Notes: generated from the sequence alone by a model not told the origin. DNA of 64,000 nucleotides from an uncultured Chlamydiales bacterium (GCA_963700985.1 OY969554.1:704001-768000); one strand, 5' to 3'; positions 1-9,267 are shown, counted from the first letter of the stretch. Program-made: numbers and translations.

Positions 1-98
1 GTAAATTTTCTCGGAGAAGTTCCTGATTTGCAAATATTCCATCCGCCTATCTATAATCGACCAACATTTTGAATACTTCCCTACTTTAGCACCCACTG

Positions 99-2462
99 AT
101 GAACAAAACCTCTATTCGCGCACTCTCTCTTCTTTTTTTCACTTGTGCTTCTCTTTCAGCACCCGGTGCTCTTTATTCTGCCCCCGTAGAAGCCTATGAA
201 GAAAGACCTGTTGGGAACATCGATATTTCGCTTGAAAATCCCCCACCACAATTTACTTTCGATGCGAAAACAGTTGTTTCAAGACTGAAGACCAAAATCG
301 GCGATCCCTTCTCACAGACCACTTTCGATAGCGACCTCAAAGCACTTTCTGACGAATACGATCGGGTAGAACCTAAGATCGAAGTGGTAAATGGAGAGGT
401 CTACATCACTTTAAAACTATGGCCCAAGCCAAACATCCGCACGATTCGCTGGCATGGGAATGAGTACATAAAAACCAAGGCTCTTCAAAAAGAACTCGGT
501 GTTAAACCCTCTTCGTCTTTTAACCGCCAGCAGTTCAATAAAGCGTTCAATAAACTCAAAGAGTTCTACGTCAAAAAGGGCTACTTTGAATCGCAATTGG
601 ATTACAGAATTACGACTGATAGTAAGACAAATGAAGTCGATATCGACATCAACGTCAGGGAAGGACGCTCGGGCAAAATCGATAAGCTTGTCTTCAAAGG
701 TTTTACTTCAAGTGAAGAGAGCGAACTGCTCGAGATGATCCACACGAAAAAATATAACTTTTTCACAAGTTGGATTTCGGGCGGAGGCATTTATAACGAA
801 GAAGCGCTTGATCAAGATCGATTGACCATTGTCAACCTACTGCAAAACAACGGTTATGCCGATGCCAAAGTAGACATCAAAATCCTTGAAGCTAAGTCCG
901 AAGGAAAAATCATTATTGAAATCACGGCCGAACGCGGGCCGATTTTCCATTTCGGCACGATTACCTTCGATGGCAATACCCTCTTTACCGATAAAGAGAT
1001 CGAAAGTCGCTTTGCAGTGCATCCTGAAGAGATCTACTCTCCTGAAAAATTGCGTGACACAGCGCAATACATCAAAGACTTATACGGCCGTAAAGGACAC
1101 ATCGATGCCAGCGTACAGTATGAAACGCAACTCGCTTCAGATGCGCCTATTTACAATGTCCACTTTGCAATTGAAGAAGGACAGAAGTACAAAATCGGCA
1201 TGATCCGCATTATCGGAAATACCCAAACACAGCCGCGAGTCATCCTGCATGAATCCCTGCTTATCCCAGGTGAAACATTTGACTCTGCTAAATTAAAAGC
1301 CACTCAAATGCGTCTTGAAAATATTGGCTATTTCAAGAACGTCAACGTTTACGCTGTAAGAACTCAAGAAGACCAATCGCTTGGAGAAAATTATCGCGAC
1401 GTCTTTATCGAAGTTGAAGAAGCACATACCGGCAGTATCAGCCTCTTTAGCGGTTTCAGCTCAGCCGATAACATCTTCGGCGGACTCGATATTTCAGAGA
1501 GTAATTTCAACTACAAAGGCCTCTTCAAAGTCTTTAATAAAGGCCTTTCAGCCATACGCGGAGGCGGTGAATATGCACAAGCGCGCATCAACGTGGGCGC
1601 CAAACAGCAAACGTATACCCTCTCTTGGTTAACTCCTTATTTCCGTGACACTCTCTGGAGAGTGGGCGTAAACGGAGAGTTAACCCGCAGCAACCTGCAA
1701 GCCAAAGACTACACCATCCGCACCTTAGGTTCGAGCCTCTTTGCCTCTTATCCCCTTACTCCCTACTGGTCATTCGGATGGAGATACCGCATACGCGAAT
1801 CGAGCACACATATCGATCACGATGCCGGCCGCGAAGAGCGCACCCAAGCACGCAGCCATGGTCTACTCTCAAGTTCAGGCGTCTCGCTAAATTACGATTC
1901 AACAGATAGCGCAATTAAACCGCATAACGGTTTTCGCTCTATGCTTGAAGCTGAATATACTGGTATCGGTGGAGATTTTACATTCATGCGATTCGGTTAC
2001 ATCAATACCTACTATCAAAGCATCTGGCGAAAAGGCGTGATGAAATATCGCGCTGAGGCTCGCTTCATCGAGCCTGTCTTAAAAACACATAGCCCAAACA
2101 AAATTCCTCAGAGTGAGCGCTTCTTCCTCGGCGGAGAAAACTCAGTTCGCGGTTACAAACAATTCGACCTCGGCCCGCACTTCCATAACGGAGACCCTAA
2201 GGGTGGTATCTCATCTACTCTCTTGTCAGTTGAGTACCTCCAAGAGATCTTTAAATTTGCCGACGCGTTCGTCTTTGCCGATGCCGGTTCGGTAAACTTA
2301 AAACGCTTTTCATTTGGTCACCTCAACATGAGTTATGGCGTGGGCGTAAGATTAGAATTGATTAACCGCGTTCCTGTAATTCTCGGTGTCGGATTCCCAA
2401 TTAACCCTGATAACCATCGCCAAGTACGTCGCTTCTTCTTCTCGATGGGAGGACAATTTTAA
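99..2462 (+). CDS. bamA: Outer membrane protein assembly factor BamA (Omp85)
   Basis: Signal peptide, POTRA-like repeats, FFLGGENSVRGY motif, C-terminal Phe; followed by skp and lpxD. Confidence 0.97.
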   Translation: MNKTSIRALSLLFFTCASLSAPGALYSAPVEAYEERPVGNIDISLENPPPQFTFDAKTVVSRLKTKIGDPFSQTTFDSDLKALSDEYDRVEPKIEVVNGEVYITLKLWPKPNIRTIRWHGNEYIKTKALQKELGVKPSSSFNRQQFNKAFNKLKEFYVKKGYFESQLDYRITTDSKTNEVDIDINVREGRSGKIDKLVFKGFTSSEESELLEMIHTKKYNFFTSWISGGGIYNEEALDQDRLTIVNLLQNNGYADAKVDIKILEAKSEGKIIIEITAERGPIFHFGTITFDGNTLFTDKEIESRFAVHPEEIYSPEKLRDTAQYIKDLYGRKGHIDASVQYETQLASDAPIYNVHFAIEEGQKYKIGMIRIIGNTQTQPRVILHESLLIPGETFDSAKLKATQMRLENIGYFKNVNVYAVRTQEDQSLGENYRDVFIEVEEAHTGSISLFSGFSSADNIFGGLDISESNFNYKGLFKVFNKGLSAIRGGGEYAQARINVGAKQQTYTLSWLTPYFRDTLWRVGVNGELTRSNLQAKDYTIRTLGSSLFASYPLTPYWSFGWRYRIRESSTHIDHDAGREERTQARSHGLLSSSGVSLNYDSTDSAIKPHNGFRSMLEAEYTGIGGDFTFMRFGYINTYYQSIWRKGVMKYRAEARFIEPVLKTHSPNKIPQSERFFLGGENSVRGYKQFDLGPHFHNGDPKGGISSTLLSVEYLQEIFKFADAFVFADAGSVNLKRFSFGHLNMSYGVGVRLELINRVPVILGVGFPINPDNHRQVRRFFFSMGGQF

Positions 2463-2504
2463 GTGTTAGCAACAAACTCTCTAAATTTTAAAAGGAGTAG
2501 AGTT

Positions 2505-3170
2505 ATGAAAAATCGTTTTTTTATGGTCTGTTTAACTTCTCTGGCTGCTTTGACAGGTGCCTGCGAAGCCGCTGAATCTCCAGCTAATATCGGAGTCGTT
2601 AATTTTGCATCTTGCATTACCGACTCAAAACTCGGAAAACAAGAACAAGCCTCTTTCGAAGCACTAAAAAAACAACTCTCGACACTTCTCGAAGATACTG
2701 ACAAACAACTCGTCGAGATCAACAACAAGTTGAACGACCCAGAGTTTATGGATGGACTTTCTCCAGAAGGTGAAGATGAACTCAAAAACAAGTTCCGCAT
2801 GCTGAACGAAGAGCTCAACCGTTACCAAGCTCAGTATTATCAAGTTCTCAATCAAGCAAACATGCGCATCGTACAACTTCTTTCTAGCAATATCGGCACA
2901 GCTGCTGAAAAAGTTGCTAAAGATAAGCATCTATCTATGGTTGTAAATAAAGAAGCTTGTTTCTTCTTTGCAACACAACTCGAAGTGACCAATCTTGTAA
3001 TCGACGAGATGGACAGAGTATATGAGCAAGAGTCTAAAAAGCAGATCCCTTCTGCAGCTCAAGCTGCAGCACCTGCTCAAGAAGTTGCTAAAGTAGAAGC
3101 GGCTCCTGTTAAAGCTACAGCCCAAAACGCTCCTGAAGCTGCTAAAACGGACGCTCCTGCAAAGAAATGA
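2505..3170 (+). CDS. skp: OmpH/Skp periplasmic chaperone with Ala/Pro-rich tail
   Basis: IGVVNF start of the mature domain, coiled coil, VTNLVI end motif; ATG 2505 follows AGGAG; bamA-skp-lpxD order. Confidence 0.92.
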   Translation: MKNRFFMVCLTSLAALTGACEAAESPANIGVVNFASCITDSKLGKQEQASFEALKKQLSTLLEDTDKQLVEINNKLNDPEFMDGLSPEGEDELKNKFRMLNEELNRYQAQYYQVLNQANMRIVQLLSSNIGTAAEKVAKDKHLSMVVNKEACFFFATQLEVTNLVIDEMDRVYEQESKKQIPSAAQAAAPAQEVAKVEAAPVKATAQNAPEAAKTDAPAKK

Positions 3171-4216
3171 CACTTAAGCAATTTCGACTAGCAGAACTCG
3201 CCGAACTCACCCAGGCTAAACTGGTCGGTAATCCCGACCAGTTAATTTCTGGCGTGGATGCGCTCGAGCATGCAACTCCACAAGAAGCCTCCTTTTTAGC
3301 CAATGCGCGCTATCGGGAGACGATGGAGAGGTCGAATGCCGGGGTCATCTGTATTGGAAAAGAAGATCCGCTGATCGCGGGGAAAAATTTTCTTATTTCA
3401 GATGACCCTTCTCGTACATTTCAAATCATCGTTGAAACTTACCTTCTCACCGAAGCCAGCCGCAGCGGATTTAACGGGATTCATCCAACAGCAATTATTC
3501 ACCCGAGCGCAAAACTCGGAAAAGATCTGCTGATAGGACCCTATGCTGTAATCGATGCAGGCTCTGAGATTAAAGACCGCACGCGCATTGGAGCATTTGT
3601 CTCCATTGGAGCCGGCGTTATCATCGGTGCAGATTGCACCCTTTATCCCCATGTTGTCATTCGTGAACGCTGCGTACTCGGTAGCCGCGTTATCGTCCAG
3701 CCCGGAGCCGTAATCGGCTCATGTGGTTTCGGCTTCACCACCGACAGCAAAGGTCAACATAATAAGCTTGATCAACTGGGTAATGTCGAAATTGAAGATG
3801 ATGTCGAAATTGGCGCAAATACCACCATCGATCGCGCCCGTTTTAAAACCACGCGTATCTCTCGAGGCACCAAAATAGATAACCTAGTTCAGATCGCACA
3901 CAATGTGACAGTTGGAGAGCACAATATTATTGTTTCTCAGACCGGTATTGCCGGCTCCTCCAAAACAGGTAAGCATGTCATTTTCGGTGGACAAGCTGGT
4001 GTGGTCGGCCACGTAGAAATTGCAAATAACGTCCTAATCGCTACTCGCGGTGGCGTGAGCAAGTCGATCACTGAATCTGGAAAATATGCCGGCAGCCCGG
4101 TGATGCCCCTTGCTGATTATAACAGGCAGCAGGTGCAGCTACGCAAGATCAGCGATTATGTGAAAAAAATCGAAGAACTTGAAAAACGCCTAAGCGCCCT
4201 CGAATCCAAAAGCTAA
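3167..4216 (+). CDS. lpxD: UDP-3-O-acyl-glucosamine N-acyltransferase
   Basis: Hexapeptide repeats, GSCGFGF, IGANTTIDR, KIDNLVQIAHNV. Confidence 0.97.
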   Translation: MTLKQFRLAELAELTQAKLVGNPDQLISGVDALEHATPQEASFLANARYRETMERSNAGVICIGKEDPLIAGKNFLISDDPSRTFQIIVETYLLTEASRSGFNGIHPTAIIHPSAKLGKDLLIGPYAVIDAGSEIKDRTRIGAFVSIGAGVIIGADCTLYPHVVIRERCVLGSRVIVQPGAVIGSCGFGFTTDSKGQHNKLDQLGNVEIEDDVEIGANTTIDRARFKTTRISRGTKIDNLVQIAHNVTVGEHNIIVSQTGIAGSSKTGKHVIFGGQAGVVGHVEIANNVLIATRGGVSKSITESGKYAGSPVMPLADYNRQQVQLRKISDYVKKIEELEKRLSALESKS

Positions 4217-4225
4217 TTCTAAGAA

Positions 4226-4403
4226 TTTACCACAGAGAACACAGAGTTAAGAAAAGATTGTTTTTTCGCGAGCGAAGCAAAAAAACAATACTCTCTCGGC
4301 TTCGCCGACGTTTAGGAGGCGAGGAAATGTCTTTTTTTTGTTTCACTTACAAAAAAAAGAGTTCCTTTTCTTCACTCTGTGCTCTCTGTGTCTCTGTGGT
4401 TAA
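4226..4403. repeat. Palindromic intergenic repeat (ACCACAGAG...CTCTGTGGT ends), copy 1
   Basis: Terminal inverted CACAGAG arrays and internal hairpins; related copy at 25291-25461. Confidence 0.85.
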
Positions 4404-4416
4404 TCTTCAAAATGAC

Positions 4417-5313
4417 TTAAAGGCGAGTGGTGATAGACACGCGACCGTCTTCATCCACCAGTATAGAGTTCTCAGCTTGAGCTACGAATCCGTGTGCTTC
4501 TTCAATCAAAGGAGCATAGCCCGCAATTATCTCTGAGCGAAGCAGCTCTTTCACAGCAGTTTTAACCTCCGACAGGCTGAGGCCTTCTTCTAAAAGATCA
4601 TGCAAGGCAAAAGGCAGCCCATTGAACGTCTTGATTTTTATAAGCAGCAGCCGCACATGTGCTGAACGGGTAGACCCTTCTTTTATAAACGAAAAGATCA
4701 TCGGCATACCCTCATCATAAATCAAACCTTTTCCATTCGTGGCAAAAGGCTCAATTGCAAAGGTCATGCCTGGCTTAATCACAGCTGTTGAGCGATCTTC
4801 ATAATTAGGAATTGTGGGTGGCGTATGCACTTTGTAGTAACCCAGCCCATGTCCGCCTAAATTTTTGATTGGTGAAAGCCCAAATGAAGAGATCGTCTCA
4901 TCGATAATCTTGCCTACTAAACGAATGGGCATGCCCACTTTAATGCTACGCTCTGCATTCAAAAGCGCTTTTTCAGCGGCATCGATGATATTCTGATGCT
5001 TACCCGAAAGATCAACTGAAGTCGCACAATCGCCAATTGCCCCATTAAAACAGACGCCGATATCCAGTTTCACTAGCTGATCTGAAAAAATGATCTCTTC
5101 ATCAGGCCCAGGCAAGAAATGTGCCGCTACTTCATTCAAAGCAATCTGAGGCGGAAAAGCAGGGATCGCGCCCAACTCTTGAATCTTTTGCCTAACCTTG
5201 GCAATCACCTCGTTATAAGTGGCTCCAGGCTTGATTAGAGCAAGACCATAGGCCCGCACTTGACCAGCCAATTTACCTGCTTGTAGAAAGTCTTGCTTAT
5301 ACTTTTGATTCAT
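4417..5313 (-). CDS. map: Methionine aminopeptidase, type II (archaeal/eukaryotic type)
   Basis: PAFP, NEVAAHF, KLDIG, GDCA, NLGGHGL, FAIEPFAT, helical insert with LPF, VAQAEN; D-D-H-E-E ligands present; start could be 5337. Confidence 0.9.
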   Translation of the reverse strand: MNQKYKQDFLQAGKLAGQVRAYGLALIKPGATYNEVIAKVRQKIQELGAIPAFPPQIALNEVAAHFLPGPDEEIIFSDQLVKLDIGVCFNGAIGDCATSVDLSGKHQNIIDAAEKALLNAERSIKVGMPIRLVGKIIDETISSFGLSPIKNLGGHGLGYYKVHTPPTIPNYEDRSTAVIKPGMTFAIEPFATNGKGLIYDEGMPMIFSFIKEGSTRSAHVRLLLIKIKTFNGLPFALHDLLEEGLSLSEVKTAVKELLRSEIIAGYAPLIEEAHGFVAQAENSILVDEDGRVSITTRL

Positions 5314-5506
5314 GCTTTCTATCTTACTTATAGCCAAATAGATAGCAACAAAAACGTTATATCAAGTGTTTCGCTATGAACTTTTAGCGCGAACATCACA
5401 ACTTATTAACACACAATATCTTACAACTTACAACCTGTAAAGATTTATATTTAAAATAATTGCTAGCTATATTATAATTATTATTAAAGATAACAAAGAG
5501 ATCATT

Positions 5507-6451
5507 ATGACAAACAAAGTTGGTTTAAAAGACCTTTTAGTAATGCAGCCCAATGATGCTACTACCACAGGCATCAAAAATTACGTAGAGGGTGGCGCTA
5601 GCTTAAAAAAGATTACGCGTGTCGTAAAACAGATCATGTCCAATCCGAATTTCAGCAGGGCAGAGTTAATCAACGCTAAAAATCACTTCGTGGCTGCAAT
5701 GAACGCCAAAAAAGCCTGCTTAGATAATGAATATAAAAGCTCATGGAAGATCAAAAAGATCTTTCTCGATGTTTACAATTTCGTGTGCGCTCAGCTTGGA
5801 CGCGGGTCTTACCAAGAGGCATTTTCTATTTATCGAGAACTTGAGCAAGAGATCCTCTCCGACTTCTATGCAGAGAATAGCGCGTATTTTCGGGTAAAAG
5901 ATGCTGATCTGCGAAAAAACACACTAAAATCTGCGGACCCGGTTGAGGCTGCTAAAATTGCAAGAGATGAGGCCATCGACGTTGCAGTAAAAGACATCGG
6001 ACGCAAATCAGAGATTATTTATTTCAAAGGCAAATCCTATCCGAATAAAGAAGAAGACCGCCAAATGGTCGGTCATGCTCTATTTAATACCGCGCACAAG
6101 GTCGTTGACAGACTAATCGCCGACCTGGCCGCGGATGACTTCTCTTCAGACGAGATTACAGAGATTCTTGCCAATTGCCATCAAGGCGTAGCCACAAATG
6201 CTTTAGCAGGGCCGAATATGTTCATCTTAAATTCATTCCCTGAGTCAGGCTTTATAGTTACCGGCAACAGCGAATTATTGAAGACCATACGAGTGCCTTT
6301 TCATATCGAACGTGAGGGTCAACATACTGTTGTCAAAGCTGAATACCCACTTAAGTTGTTCAACCCTATATATAAAGTTTCCCATGCTATTGAGGCCAAA
6401 ATCCGAGCGAATATCAGCACTTCGAAAGTCGACTGCTCTTTTGAAGGTTAA
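5507..6451 (+). CDS. Hypothetical protein
   Basis: 314-aa ORF with ATG start after an AT-rich promoter-like region; no family recognised. Confidence 0.75.
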   Translation: MTNKVGLKDLLVMQPNDATTTGIKNYVEGGASLKKITRVVKQIMSNPNFSRAELINAKNHFVAAMNAKKACLDNEYKSSWKIKKIFLDVYNFVCAQLGRGSYQEAFSIYRELEQEILSDFYAENSAYFRVKDADLRKNTLKSADPVEAAKIARDEAIDVAVKDIGRKSEIIYFKGKSYPNKEEDRQMVGHALFNTAHKVVDRLIADLAADDFSSDEITEILANCHQGVATNALAGPNMFILNSFPESGFIVTGNSELLKTIRVPFHIEREGQHTVVKAEYPLKLFNPIYKVSHAIEAKIRANISTSKVDCSFEG

Positions 6452-6547
6452 GAGGATGTCTACAAACTGCCTTAAAACGTCTGTGCGTAATTCTTCTTCA
6501 CAAACAATTAGCTGTGCGCTAATTAGGAGTGACAAACAGAGAAACAG

Positions 6548-6949
6548 ATGCTCATTCCGCCTATTGGATTCGGTCGGCCTATTGTATCGGGACCAAGTGA
6601 ATTTGCTCCTCAGCAAGAGCTTAAAACACTTTTGGATACAATTGGCCAGATTCACAATCACATGTCACAGAATCGAAACAATCCAATCCTTCTAAATGGA
6701 CTGCACGGCGAGTTTCCAGAACTGGTTAAACAGATCGACCATTTTGCCTCTCAGCTCCCCTCTTCCCAGCAAGACGGCTTTAATACTCATCTGACCGACC
6801 TTAAATCGCAGATGCAAAAGTTCTATCAAACGCTTACAGGAAGCGGATCTAATGATCAGCAGCATTCTGCTAGCGTCGCAGTCGTGACTACACTGGCTTT
6901 GTTGCACAAAGACCTAGGCTTCCCCCCACCTAAGCACTCGTTCTACTAA
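6548..6949 (+). CDS. Hypothetical protein
   Basis: 133-aa ORF, ATG start, helical composition, fills the gap between neighbours. Confidence 0.6.
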   Translation: MLIPPIGFGRPIVSGPSEFAPQQELKTLLDTIGQIHNHMSQNRNNPILLNGLHGEFPELVKQIDHFASQLPSSQQDGFNTHLTDLKSQMQKFYQTLTGSGSNDQQHSASVAVVTTLALLHKDLGFPPPKHSFY

Positions 6950-7015
6950 TTGACTTAAGACATCTTATCCAATTATATTGCTTTGGCAAAACAACAATAC
7001 TTTTGCGAGGGTCTT

Positions 7016-7717
7016 ATGGCTGCAGCTTCTCTATATTCCCCTTTCCAGCGCTTTGTAATTCATGCATACACACAGTTTGAAAAAGACTATAAAAACCTAC
7101 AATCTCATATCAACTCGGCACAAGCGCTACTCAAACCCGAAAAAACATACGAAGAGTTCTTAAGCATCTTTCGTAAATTTATTGCCTTTCAGGGAGATTT
7201 TCCTGTCTATCGAGATGAAATCGTATTTCTAACTGAACCCTTTCCAGCAACACTCCAAACTTATCTTTTGCAACGCTTAGGTTACGTCTCAGATCTAGTG
7301 GAACTCACGCTTGGCTATGATATCCCAGTGGAGCGCGAACAAGCCGAAAAAGAGCTCCTAAACGGCAAAGTGCCCAAGGGGGGTTTGGCCAAAGATATCG
7401 TAGTAGCCGCAGGAGCGGGTTTTATAAATGGATTTCCGGTGTTCGGTGCGCTTGGAATCGGCTTAGCTGCTGCTGAGCATCTTCTCAGAGACGCTACGCC
7501 TGAAGAAACACAAAAACAGATCGAAAAAAACGAGTTGGTTCGAAAAATTAATGAGAGAACCAAAAGTGTCGTTATTCTTCATCTCGAAGCTCTCTATCAC
7601 AATCTAAAAGCAAATCAGCGAGAAAAAACGTGGGCAGCAAGACACGCTGTCATTCTTGCTCCAGCTGAGCCCTCTTTAGGACTTGAGCGATCAGAGGAGA
7701 AGAAACGCCAAAGCTAA
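7016..7717 (+). CDS. Hypothetical protein with a Gly/Ala-rich hydrophobic segment
   Basis: ATG 7016 after GAGG; segment IVVAAGAGFINGFPVFGALGIGLAAA; TTGACT-N18-TATATT upstream at 6950. Confidence 0.7.
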   Translation: MAAASLYSPFQRFVIHAYTQFEKDYKNLQSHINSAQALLKPEKTYEEFLSIFRKFIAFQGDFPVYRDEIVFLTEPFPATLQTYLLQRLGYVSDLVELTLGYDIPVEREQAEKELLNGKVPKGGLAKDIVVAAGAGFINGFPVFGALGIGLAAAEHLLRDATPEETQKQIEKNELVRKINERTKSVVILHLEALYHNLKANQREKTWAARHAVILAPAEPSLGLERSEEKKRQS

Positions 7718-7722
7718 GCTTC

Positions 7723-8448
7723 TTAAAGAATAACGCATAAACCAGAAGCTGGATTGGCTTTTTTCCCATTTTTCCATTCCACGACGGCCGTATTCTTTAC
7801 ACCGAATTGATCGATAAACATGGTCACCTTTTGTCCTGTCAACAGGTTTCCTTTTTTCCAGATTCCTGTTTCATAGCTTCCACCGGATTTTTCATAATAT
7901 CCTTGACCAGCAGCCGCGTCATCCGCCCAATTACCTTCATATTTATCCCCATTCCGTAATGTCATAATCCCTTGGCCGTGGCGATTACCAGCGACAAAAG
8001 CTCCCGTATATGACGTAAATATAGAGCCATAGTACTTCATTACTCCTTTGCCATGAGGTTTTCCATCACTAACCTCTCCCACGTATGTGTCTCCATTGGG
8101 AAATTTTATTGTCTCACCTTTAGATTCAAGATTGGGTAATACTAGATTGGGTAATACTACGCTATCCACATATCCGCCCATCTTTGTTTGCCATGACACG
8201 CTTGGCCACGAATCTGAGTCGGGAAATGCTATTCTATCGCCTTGGCGTGGAGGATTAAAAGGCTGCCCCTGACCGCGCATCACATTTGCAAATTGGGTTA
8301 CGTCAACTAGAACCGTATTTTGCGCAGGGGCGGGTGCTAGGCTGCTGGAGGTATATTTTTCATCCGACTTCGCTTTATAGCTTGCTGCTTGATCTGAAGA
8401 AGTCATTGATCCTGCTTTATAACTTGAGGATAGTGGCACTGTGCTCAT
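7723..8448 (-). CDS. MORN-repeat protein with C-terminal CaaX box (CVIL)
   Basis: YVGEVSDGKPHGKG, YTGAFVAGNRHGQG, YEGNWADD repeats; ATG 8448 after AAGGAG. Confidence 0.88.
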   Translation of the reverse strand: MSTVPLSSSYKAGSMTSSDQAASYKAKSDEKYTSSSLAPAPAQNTVLVDVTQFANVMRGQGQPFNPPRQGDRIAFPDSDSWPSVSWQTKMGGYVDSVVLPNLVLPNLESKGETIKFPNGDTYVGEVSDGKPHGKGVMKYYGSIFTSYTGAFVAGNRHGQGIMTLRNGDKYEGNWADDAAAGQGYYEKSGGSYETGIWKKGNLLTGQKVTMFIDQFGVKNTAVVEWKNGKKANPASGLCVIL

Positions 8449-8481
8449 ACAATTCTCCTTTTCTTGTTCTTGAAGTAGACA

Positions 8482-8499
8482 TTCCAAATCGATTTGGAA
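8482..8499. promoter_or_regulatory. Perfect 18-bp palindrome upstream of MORN gene 1 (candidate operator or leader hairpin)
   Basis: TTCCAAATCGATTTGGAA; one-mismatch copy at 13435-13452. Confidence 0.45.
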
Positions 8500-8666
8500 A
8501 ATTCGCAAACAGGCTAATAAAAAAGCAGCTACATCTCAAGAAAATGTTTAAAAGCTCAAAAAAATTATACTTGAAGTTTGTTAAGATTTTGTTAAGCTGG
8601 TGTCATTTCGACATGCTTTTGCATGCTGAATTTTTTGAACATCAAATTAAACTGGAGGCTTAATAT

Positions 8667-9128
8667 ATGGCATTCTCAATAAGACTCGCTCAAGGCATGA
8701 GGACACCTTTGTTTGCAGCTGCAAGACCTTTTACTCAGTTTTCGCAGTCTTTTCTAAAACCAACAATGCAATCTCATTTGGCGGCTGCGAGAAGTTTTTC
8801 CGCCTGCAGCAGTAAAAATCAAACCCCGCCTGATGCCCTCAAGACATTAGAAGGAAAAGAACAAAATTCCGTGAAAGGAACTGGAATTTTTCTTGTTCCA
8901 GACCCAGAAAAAGGCGTTCTAGCATGGAAATCTATCAGAGTGGCCAATCTAACATATCTTGATACAGTCAAACGCGGAGAAAACTGCAAAGCGCTAAAGT
9001 GGGTTCCTGAAACGCTGATGTCGTTTGCAGAAATCCAAAAGAATCAACCTGCCTGCGCAGGATTTAAGTGTAGTTCTCCTTGCCCTCATTTTTGTATATG
9101 CGGTGATGATGGTTTTCAATGTGTTTAG
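8667..9128 (+). CDS. Small protein with mitochondrial-presequence-like N-terminus and Cys-rich C-terminus
   Basis: GGAGG RBS; no acidic residue before D56; six Cys in the last 24 aa. Confidence 0.75.
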   Translation: MAFSIRLAQGMRTPLFAAARPFTQFSQSFLKPTMQSHLAAARSFSACSSKNQTPPDALKTLEGKEQNSVKGTGIFLVPDPEKGVLAWKSIRVANLTYLDTVKRGENCKALKWVPETLMSFAEIQKNQPACAGFKCSSPCPHFCICGDDGFQCV

Positions 9129-9240
9129 CATTCGTCATGACTCTTCCGGCAGCTATGAAGATCATGCCTTTGTCGAAATTGCCAGAACCTATAGGCACTT
9201 ATTACCGTAAGAAAAACACACGTTCAGATTCAGACAAACC

Positions 9241-9267
9241 AAGGGCGGAAGATTTCCGCCCTTTTTG
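9241..9267 (+). terminator. Hairpin AAGGGCGGAAGATTTCCGCCCTT followed by T-run (intrinsic terminator or REP-like)
   Basis: 10-bp stem followed by Ts; identical 23-mer at 12638-12660. Confidence 0.65.

Noticed and set aside
4258-4536. 92-aa ORF downstream of lpxD
   Set aside because: It is a translation of the palindromic repeat and overlaps map on the opposite strand.
8449-8508. Shared 20-aa N-terminal extensions (MRIFQ...) on both MORN ORFs
   Set aside because: They start at TTG and run through the AAGGAG RBS placed before MSTVPLSS; similarity reflects the duplicated leader.
9025-9210. 61-aa ORF overlapping the end of the Cys-rich gene
   Set aside because: TTG start inside another gene, no RBS and no recognisable motif.
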